Positions 53,766-64,000 of a stretch of DNA of 64,000 nucleotides are shown here, one piece after another. The translations under genes and the position numbers were made by a program. The DNA is from Gordius albopunctatus (taxonomy: Eukaryota), in assembly GCA_964276515.1 (NCBI GenBank), contig OZ193909.1:12710001-12774000 (forward strand). The letters are read 5' to 3'. Under the pieces are notes generated by a model that ran no database searches, was not told the origin of the DNA, and was given only the letters and a program-made list of their open reading frames with translations. The number at the start of each line of letters is the position of its first letter. Positions within the stretch are counted from its first letter, which is position 1.

Positions 53766-53899
53766 CAAACGTTTACTCGGGTTAACACAACTCAAAATCG
53801 ACATCTTTAGAGACATATATGAGGGCCTATTGGACATGCGCAATAGTAAAGGTATAGAGGTGCTGCAAGTCGGTAGGCAGTACACTCGGTTTATATAAA

Positions 53900-56000
53900 A
53901 ATCAAATAGAAACAAAAATTAACATACAATCTGTGGCAAAGACTGGAATGCTTTAAGAGATAGTTTACCTTGTTCGGTTGCACACTAATACTTGCTTTAT
54001 ATCATTAGAGAGCATGGTGGTTTGTAGATGGTTATCAACTTCCTTGGCGTGTTAACAGGAAACTTTAAGGCTAGATGGTTGCTGACTAACATTTTCCAAG
54101 CGTTCCTGTCTAGGAGGATCGCATCTAATTGGTCGGATTGAAGCTATGCTATTTAATTATTTTGACATGTTGTAGGTCCACGCTCCATGGCCTTTTCGGT
54201 ATCCTAGTTGGGGAGGTCTCCACAGTATAGTGAACATGCAGAGGTTGGGGAAGCATCTCCGCAACTTGTTCTCTAAGAAGTTCCAATATTTAACCATAAT
54301 TATATATTTCACGGAGATTAGTTTTCATAGGTACCAAAAATTCTCATTGCTAATTATTCTCGGGTAAAAGATTTGTCTGACAATTTTCAGCATTTTTATC
54401 ACCTTTGTTTGTATTCTTTTGATTGAGCTTGTCTTGAGGTTCCAGGTCTCACAGACGTAAAAGAGTAATGGGAGGATTAAGGTTCTGTATAATCGAAGTT
54501 TGGTGTTTCTTGAAAACATTTTCCAATTCCAAATTCTGTAACATTGTTTGAACCTGCTGCTAGATTTTGTAATTTTTTCCGAGACATCTAGCGTGGTGTA
54601 TTTGTCTGTGCACAGAGACACACCGAGGTATTTTACTTGATCCGAGGGTGTAATAACGAATGATACTCGCATTGGGTTGCGGGTTAATGGCAAGTAGTGT
54701 AGATTTTTTTGCTTAATGATTAAGGGCTGCTTCTTGAGCATATCTGTCGTACATGTTTTGTAGGTTGGTCAGAGAGTCTGAGATGAGGCCTAGATCAGTG
54801 GCAAACAATAGAGATAAGATTCTCCTTGTTGTTGCTCATCTGCAAGCCATTGCTCATGATTAGAGACCTCTTCAATAATAGGTTTAAAACCGAAAGGGCA
54901 CCCTAGCCTGACACCTGAGTTCGGAGTGATAAATTTAGAGGGAAATATGAGATGTCTGACAAAGAATTTTTTGTTTTCATAGAGCATGAGAATAATTCTT
55001 ATAATTTTTTGAGATAGTCCTAATAAACAAAAGGTTTTCCAGATATACAAATGTTGGATCGAGTCAAATGCCTTAGAGATATCAAGGAAGAGTTTGTAAA
55101 GGGGGCTTTTTGCGCAGTTAAATTTATTAATCAAGTTTTTTATGGTTAATATATGCTCGGTTGTTGTGTTCTGAAGCCTGCTCGTGCGTGATTTATTTTA
55201 CTATCCATGTACGATTTAACTCGGTCGTATAGTATGTTTATGAAATTTTTGAGGTGATATTTATTAGCTCTATGCCTCTGTAGTTATTGGGGTCAAGATG
55301 GTTGCATTTTTTAGAGACTTTTATCAGAACACTACTTGAATATGATTCGGGCAGTTGTTTATTTAACAATATCTTTTCTAATAGTGGCTGAAAGAGCTGG
55401 AAAGAAGTTTAAGGATTAGCTTTGTATAGTTCAGCTGAGATACCTTTCTGTCAGTGGCTTTATGGTTTATAAGTATTTTTATGGTTCGCATGACCTCCTA
55501 ACTGCCAGATGGTTCATAATCTATATTGGCCTGACCAGAAATATCTGAAGGAAATGGGGTGGGGACGGAAAGGATGTAGCGGAAGTGCCTTTCCCATGGT
55601 TTTAGCTAAACTTTGGAATCTTTGGGTCTGGAGTCGGAGGTTGCAATTGGATGCTGGTTGCTACAAAGTTTCAAACATTTGGCTAAGCCTTTTAATTTCA
55701 TGAAAAGTTTGTGGGCATCGTTCGTATTACTTGGTACTTCTGTTTATTTATTGTGTCCGCTACGATTATCTTCTTATCGCGTTGCACACTAGCCGTTATC
55801 CGCTTGCTGATTGTCTGGTTATTGCATTCCTCTCATCCATAAGGCGAAAGGATTCAGAGGATGGCCATTTGATTTGTTGTGATGGGGTGGGTTTTAAGTT
55901 GAGCGATGATGTGATCAGACTTTCTGTTATACAACGCTTTGCTCCTCGTTGGTGGTGTTACTTGGTTGTGATGCTGTCTTAATTATCTTTTTTATGTTCT
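53900..56000 (-). mobile_element. Second, different decayed LINE (ORF2 RT region)
   Basis: LFLDISKAFDSI, GVRLGCP, VKYLG, KLRLYRTLILPLLFYVCETW in broken frames; boundaries approximate. Confidence 0.82.
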
Positions 56001-56096
56001 CGTTGATTAATTTAAACTCGAAGCGTCGTTTCAACGCGGAAAGGTGGCTACTTTGACGAGTTAAAGTGTGACCATATCAGCTGATATTCTAAATTA

Positions 56097-59000
56097 ATGG
56101 AAGTTTGTGCTTCAGTAGATTGTAATAAAACAGCAAATTTTACCTGCCCTACATGTACCAAGCTTGGAGTAACGTCAGGGCTTCATTTTTGTTCAAAAGT
56201 ATTATTTTTTATAATCAAATTCTATCTTGAAATAAAATTATTTCTTAATTTTGTATTAATTAAATAAGCTTTTAATTAACTCTTGATTTTTAATATTACC
56301 TTTTTGAGCAAGTTTTTATTACAAGGTTTTTTTCTCTATTTATAATAGAAATTTATGAAAAGATTTGCAATTTTTATCCTTGAGTTAAAATTAAAAAAAT
56401 CATTGGCAATATCATAACAAATTTAAATAATTGTTGTATATATAAATTATAGGATTGTTTTCAGAGATCTTGGAATTCTCACAAATCATCACACAAACAG
56501 GCAAGTAGGTATCATGATAAATTATGTATTCTAGTCCTTAAACAGGGTCGATGGAGAAACTAAAGGATGAGATTAATAGTGCTTACAAATTTACTGGGTC
56601 ATTAAAACCATTTCCATTAGTAAGTTCTGGATAATGTATACATCTAATTTTAATTTTTTTAGACACCAAAACGAGATGTTCCAGATTTCATAATAAAACC
56701 TGACTATGCTGACCATCCAAGAGGTGAATTTATAAAATTGAAGGATGTTGAATTTCATCATAGGGTATTCTGAGAGTGAAAAAATTTCTAAAAATCAGGG
56801 TTATATTCAAGTTTTAAATAAGGAAGAACAAGAAGGTTTGAGAAAGGCATGTCAAGTAAAGATAAGCTTTATTACTCTAGTTGAAAACATATGTACAAAT
56901 TTTCCTATTTAATTTTTACTTCTATTCTCATTAGCTGGGGAGAGAAGTGATGGACATAGCTGCAAAGTCAATAAAAGTTGGTATAACTACTGATGAAATT
57001 GACAGAATTGTTCATGAAGTACTTTAGACTTAATATATATTCTATTAACAATTCTGAATTGTCAAATAATATTATTCAATTTTAGGCTTGTATAGAAAGA
57101 AATTGCTACCCATCTCCCCTAAACTATTTTCAATTTCCCAAATCAGTTTGCACGTAAGATATTTTTACAAACATTTATTGATAACCATTGTTGTAATCAG
57201 TCTTTATATAATGATTAACTCAATTTTATTAAGTGTTATAGCAGTAAATTTAACATTCTTCTCACCATTTTTTACAATAATTGTTAAAATAAATTATGAA
57301 ATAGGCATAATTAAAGAATTGTACCAATATTAATATCAGTATTATATGTTTTATTTTCAATGTTACATTATTAGCTCAGTAAATGAAGTCATATGTCATG
57401 GCATACCAGACACAAGACCATTAGAAGATGGAGATTTAGTAAATGGTAATTATTTTACTATTATGTTCCAAATGACATGTTGATTTATACTATTTTTAAT
57501 TACACCTTTTGAAATGTACATATCCTTCTTGCAATATTTTAACCTAAGCAAATTTGATTCAAATTTTCCCATTATAGAATTACAAACTTTATATGAATGA
57601 AGTTGTCAAAAATGTTCTGCAAAGTTTTGTAATGAAATAGGAAGTGGCAAAATGATGATTTTATTAATTTGACTAAAATTTTATTATATATTTAATATAA
57701 ATTTTGATATTCTCATGTATTGTATTTTTTAAGTTGATATCACGGTGTACCATGGGGGATATCATGGCGACTTGAATGAAACCTTCTTTGTTGGCAATGT
57801 TGATGCTGATTCTAAAAAATTAGTGAGTGTTACACACGAATGCTTGATGAAAGCCATTGATTTAGGTAAAATTATTAAAATAATTATTCACCATTGTGTT
57901 AAATTTTTGGTTAGAACCCATTTTTGTTTTGAAGTTCAAATTATTTTAAAATTTAGTTTGATTCTCAGTTAAGGAAAGGAGGCCTTTAAAATAAATTGGT
58001 TTCAAAGTCAAAGTGAATTTAAGATTTATTTATTAATCCAAAATTGTATATATACCGATAAATAAAAAAAAAGTTTTCATGGATATTAGAGTCTTACTAA
58101 TAGATGGGACTTGGGAAAAATTTAAAACAGTCATTTCAAAAATACATATTAGGTATTCATGGGCGTAACCAGGTTTTAGATTAGAGGGGGGGGGCGAAAG
58201 TTGTTTAAGTTCAATTAGAGGGAGTGCAAAACATAAATTTTTTAATTTTAAAGATTTTGTATTGGAATTTATTTTTGTCATTCGCCCCCCCCCCTTCCCC
58301 TGGCTACTGTGCAATTAATTTTCATAATCGAATACTTGATTGTTTTGAGGCACCTTAAAGAATTTTTGAGCTTATATCAAAAATCACAAGAATTCCTTAA
58401 ATATCTTCGATTGAATGGTTTCCTACTTTTTTAGATTAATCGGCTCCGTGTTTTTAAAAAAGCATGTTAATTTTTTTTACATTTCGCTCTAGAAAATTAA
58501 TCCAACCTCCACGGTAATTTGATTTTGCGAATTTATTTATTTGTATGCTATAGTTAAACCCGGTGTCAAGTACAGAGATATAGGGAACGTCATACAAAAA
58601 CATGCCCAGGCTCATGGATTTTCGGTAGTCAGAAGTTTTTGCGGACACGGCATACACAAGTAAATGCATTTCGGAATTGTTTTTGCCCTACGACCAATTT
58701 ATTGTTTTTTAAAAAGACTTGAGCACCACGCTTATGATTAAATTAAATTTTGTCAGAGGTTAGTATAACGAACACAGTTGGCAAAATATTTTGCCTGATT
58801 CGGGTTAACACCAAAATTTAAGTCTGCCCAGGCACTTTGTGAGTTATGTGAATTCCAAAACTATAGATTAAACGGTGTGGCTTACATATAGGCCAAGTGG
58901 AAATCTCTGTCTGAGGCATTGTTATCGTTCGTTAAATTTTGGAGGACCGATTTATAGACTAGTTTGATAATAATTTTGGTTTTTGCAGTGAGTTATTTGC

Positions 59001-62000
59001 TGGCGAAGGAGGTTGTATAAAGCTTGCAATGGTTTAAATTTAATTATTGGAAGTATTGGGAGAGCTCAGCGGAATTTAAAAATCTTTTTTAGTAGTTCAG
59101 CGTTGTTTACATTTGAAAATGGGGATTTGGAAAGACCCAATTTGTGTATTATAGGTCAATTGATTGGGAAATAAAGCGAAATTCTTAAAATTCTATTATT
59201 TAATAACACACTGTATTTTTGTTTATAAAATTTATAAGGTTATGTGAGGAAATGTCTATACCTATTTTTGATACTAAAAGCAAAAAATATTGAAATTAAT
59301 TGTCATTTTCGTAAATTATATTAAAAAATTTATAATTTGAACAGATTTCAATTATTATTGTAGCCAAAAGTGAAGTTTAAATGAGTTATTGAATATTAGC
59401 TTTATTTTAGATTACTTGACGTTTATTAGCTACGAAATGATTTATTTATCTACTAAAAAACATCATTCATCTCCTTACTCATTTTTTTATTGAATAAAAA
59501 AGTGGGTATATTGTTTTAAGGCTAAAATAGCTGATTATTTGTATCCATCGAATATAATATATAATTCTTAAGTTTTTCCTTCAATTGAATTGTACGATTC
59601 ATGCGTAAACTACTTTTTAATTATTATAGATTTAGGCAAAATGAATTATTTATAATTAGTTTAGGCAATGCCACATTTACTCTGCAAGTAGCCAGGAAAT
59701 ATGAATATTTAATATGCCTATGAGAGTTTTGTTATTTGTGTTTTTTACATGTAATTACAATTAATAAGTGCATTTTTCATTAATCCAAAGCTCTATAAGG
59801 ATCTCATCTATATATAATACATGTTGTTTTACAGCAAATTTTAATTTGCAGGGTCTTTCATACGCTGCCTAACGTTCCTCATTACGCAAGTATGCCGCCA
59901 TTGAATGTTGATTTTTTATGAATACCGATTTACAATAGTGGCGCCTTTTTAAAAAGAATAACCTTTGCACGGGCGTAGCAAGGAATTGGAACTTTAATCA
60001 TTAGAGGGCGGAGGGGAGAAAAATGATAATTTTTTGACATTTCAGTCATAATTAACAAATATTGAATTTGGGAAAAAGATTGGATTAGAGGAGAAGCAGC
60101 GGTACTTTACTGCCTCCACCCTGGCTACGCGCGCCTATGACCTTCTCGGTATTGTGAGATATTTTTAAGAGAAACCTAAATGAGTGGGGGAGACCCGGGC
60201 TAATAAATTTTAAAAAATATAATTAAACATTTTAAATTTTAACCGTATGTCTTGTATCTTGTCATAAGGTATAAGAAAAAAAATTGGTTGGAAGAAAAAA
60301 ATATTTGGACGGATAAAAAAACAAATAAAATGAGAAACTGAAGTTCATGGCAACTAAGTCATAATACTTGCACCACATGTACATATAAATATTGTAAACA
60401 AAATTTAATAATTTTATAGAGGACGTTTTTTGTGGGCTCTTAGTTCTCCTTAAATGTTGTATTTTGCACATAAAATTTGTTGGTCGTATATTTTCGACTA
60501 ATTTAAGCATTATATTATTAAGGTATGTTTTTAATTGCTATACAATTATTTTATAACAGCCGTACAATGATTAAATTTTTATTCACAACATAACATGCTG
60601 AATTAATATAATTGTTTAAAAATAGGGATCGGGCCAACCATTTTTGCATTGTATCTTACCTCATAAAGACAAACGATAAATTTGAAAAACAAAAATTTTG
60701 TCTAATAATTTAACTTTTGAAATTTTTAATATAAATAGACTTTTAATATACCTTAATAAAATCTTAAAAGAGTTTTTCCATTGCAAAATCGGTCTTTTAT
60801 GAGTATATTGTAAGTCAGGTCGTCATCTTGACCCTTTTTCGATTTGTATTACGTAAAATATAACCATATTATATTTACATTCTCTATGATTTTTTATCTT
60901 AAAACAATCTTTTGATGAATTTGAGTTGGCATACACAAGTAAGGAGAGAATATGTAAGGGTTATTTTATCCACTAAACGGGGCATCATTAGCCCCAAACA
61001 TTAGAAATTTTTAGGATTCTTTTAAGCTTAATTTGTGATAAAACTCTTATCGTATTTAAAAGACCTGGCCTTTATACTAAAAGGTCGCAATTTGGGAGAT
61101 TATTATGTTGGTGTAGTTGCTTTATGCTCTTAAATATTTATTTATATTCTTTTACCGGTACCAATGTTTGCTTCTAAATCAAAGCTCTAATAAAGATAAA
61201 TGGCTAGGTGGTTAGTAATAATTCGCCAATCAAGCTGCAGGCTAAAAGGCTAGACAAATTTTGTAATCAGATCGGGGGGGGGGGTACTATAATAATTTAC
61301 TAAAAGTCTCTTTACCTTTTGTAGTGAAATAAATAACAGCTAGACGACTCTTCAAGTTTTTCTCTAAAATAAAAACAACCTTATAATTATCGTAGGAAAA
61401 ACCTAGTTGTTATACCCTGGAGCTAATTTTATCTTTGTCATTATTATCTTAATACTAATAATCATCATTAAACAATACATTTTCCATGGGAAGTGTGGAA
61501 GAGACTAGGGATAAAGCTGGAGAAACCCTGGTTTTATAGTTATTTATCATGGAGGAGAGAGACTAACGAAATCATTTTTTTACCCTACATATTTTCATCT
61601 AATGCTAAATATGTTTGGGCGTTTTAATTTGCAAAAAAAAATTAGGCGTCCTCCTATTAATTTCGAAAGTGCCAAAAGGGTCAACTATTCAGTGAAACGA
61701 TAGCCCAACTTATTTTGAGTTTTTAAAATAGCCTATCATCGCTAATAAAAAAAATTTGCAATTATACATGCAGACAACAAAACGATGGGAGTGATGCAAG
61801 CTGGTCACGCCTTCACCATTGAACCTATGATAAATCAAGGTAATGATGACCTTTTTAGTTGTTTTTTTTATACAATTTTCTCTCGCGTCCCCTGCCTTTT
61901 GGCTGCATGAGACATTGTATGATGGATTACGTTAATGTATTATTAAGTACGACTAGCACTATTTTGCTTCATTTTTACCTTATGATCTTTTTTTAGTTAT

Positions 62001-63306
62001 TAACATGCGTGATGTCTATAGCAGCGAGACATTTTACGTTTTTTACCAGGTATTAGGACATACTTTTTAGGTTTTATTAATTTTTATATTGTCGATGGGT
62101 GATTACCGACGAAATATTTCGGCAATTTCCTCGTTTTACTTCTAAATTTTGCTTTAAACAACCTGGTGACTGGTTTTACAAATAATTTTTTGAAAAACAT
62201 AGTCCTTGCTTCCAGAAAAAAACACTGAGGCAAGACAAAAACCCGAAACTTACTGTTTTTAAAAGTGATTTTTTATTTTTGCTATCAACCTCAAAAAGTT
62301 AATTGAAAAAGTGGTAAAGGTATTTATAAAGCTTGTAACACGTGCTTTATTATTTGTTAAAATAAAGAACTTTTTTGTTTGGTTCAATAATTTCCTATGC
62401 ATTAAATACTCTCCTCCAACTCCCTTCCTTAATATTGAATAATTTTTCTCGTTGGGCGACAATTTTTAAATGAAACCTTGACTACAATTTCTACTTAAAT
62501 GAATAAAATTGCCTTGCCATATCCAAGGCTTTATAACCTCTATTATTTAGCGCTTGTAATGAGTGCTTAGATTTGATAATTGGAAACGATTAAATTTTTG
62601 GAAAGGTTATATCTTTTTAATATGCCATAAACAATTATAAATATATTTTAAAAATAACGTGGATCAATGCATACAAAGGTTGATCATATATATTTAAAAA
62701 AAAATCCAAAGAAATCTTTGTATTTTGAAGTGAATGATGAGTATTATGCAAATTAGCAACCAATAGTGTGTTAAGTATTTATATAACCTCAGATATGACA
62801 AACACTCAGGATAAACTTATGATTGTAAAACAGCTTGTAAAAACTTGGCCAAAACCTAGACTTAACGTATAATTTAGAATAAATTTAAAAACACAGATGA
62901 GTGATTTAAAGAAAATGGTACATATTTAAATCCAATATTTGATTAATTTTAGGTTAGATTTTTTTATTGTCATTTGAGTAGTTAAAATAGCAAAATAGAG
63001 TGAAATTTAATGAATAAAATATGCAATGTGTATATATCTAAAATATAACATTATTTGGAAAGACTGTGCTAACAATTTTATCATACTCATTTAAAATAAA
63101 GACTAATTAAATTTAAATATTGTTCAGGAACATGGAAAGATGTTATATGGCCTGATGAATGGACTGCAGCAACTATGGATGGTAAAAGAAGTGCTCAGTT
63201 TGAGCATACATTACTAGTCACTGAAAATGGGTGCGACGTATTGACAGCCCGAAATGATCCTGTACATAAATCTCAGCCACATTTTATAGATAAATATAAT
63301 TCATAA
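56097..63306 (+). CDS. METAP1: Methionine aminopeptidase 1; exons 56097-56198, 56453-56504, 56546-56619, 56663-56723, 56764-56855, 56935-57018, 57086-57153, 57375-57445, 57734-57865, 58554-58659, 59852-59889, 61774-61839, 63128-63306
   Basis: N-terminal zinc finger (CASVDC...CPTC...FCS|DCF...HK), [51 protein letters not shown]; all phases consistent. Confidence 0.96.
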
Positions 63307-63447
63307 AGTCTACAAAAAATTTGTGTTGCAAATGTTTGCAGTGAACAAATTAATTTATCCTTAGACTGCTGTTTTTTGTTAAAAATTTATTAGCACAATA
63401 AATCTGCTAAATAAAATTTAAAAATTTGGCAACAATATTATAACAGA

Positions 63448-64000
63448 TTAGGCACATAAAAATTGTAACATCTCATTTGTGACTAGATAATTTTTAAGAC
63501 TTTGTTGAACATAGTTGATGTCATCATTAATTTTTGCAATTAATTCTTCCAGACTATTGAAATTCATTTCTTTACGAATATATCCAATTAAAATAACTTT
63601 TAAAGTGGATCCATAGAATTCTTTATCAAAATTGTGAATAATATGAGTTTCCTAAGGAAATAAATCAGATATTTTTAAATAATAAAAAACTATTATAATA
63701 ACTACATATTTTATGGTTAAATCATAAATATCATATAATCCATAATTTTAAAATCTTCCTTACAAAGGATCTTTCACAATTTTTATAAAAGGGACAAAAT
63801 CCAATGTTGGTAGCCATATGATATATAATTTTGGAGTTATCAATTGAAGCTAATCCGTAATAAACACCATTTTCAAGAGTAGAAGGTAGATTTTTCACAA
63901 CATCTTCACTAAAATTAGCTATATTCTATGAAAAATCTAATATAATAATAATACCTGTTGGAAATCCTAAATCTTTGCTGCCTCTAGCAAACCCTTTTAC
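63448..64000 (-). CDS. RFK: Riboflavin kinase, 5'-partial; exons >64000-63955, 63918-63764, 63651-63448
   Basis: VKGFARGSKDLGFPT|ANF...GVYYG...IG...PFYKN...|ETHIIHNFDKEFYG...GYIRKEMNFNSLEELI; introns 36 and 112 nt. Confidence 0.93.

Noticed and set aside
56501..56506. Possible GC-AG donor CAG|GCAAGT in METAP1
   Set aside because: Phase 0 leads to stops; the GT donor at 56505 keeps the conserved frame.

Overview
AT-rich eukaryotic (animal, probably protostome invertebrate) nuclear DNA; the species cannot be fixed from sequence alone. Spliced genes reconstructed by hand: the 3' end of an unidentified gene (1-375), TOM22, a partial TIMMDC1-like gene (minus), NUBP2, SF3A1 (15 exons), an orphan gene (minus), a Vsx/CVC homeobox gene, METAP1 (13 exons) and a partial RFK (minus). 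Intergenic DNA and long introns hold many hAT-type MITEs with 8-bp TSDs, a decayed Ty3/gypsy element, several LINE fragments and a complete non-autonomous Helitron containing a CRE-type endonuclease fragment. Best leads: (1) a twister self-cleaving ribozyme with compensatory base changes at the 5' end of an RTE LINE, just past a host poly(A) signal; (2) very degenerate splice signals (only 10 of 43 inferred donors have +5G, 16 have neither -1G nor +5G, several purine-rich AAG acceptors, many 32-46 nt introns); (3) sharp 1.5-2 kb CpG-depleted domains downstream of housekeeping gene starts that ignore gene boundaries. All exon models, counts and family calls were made by eye, with no database search.
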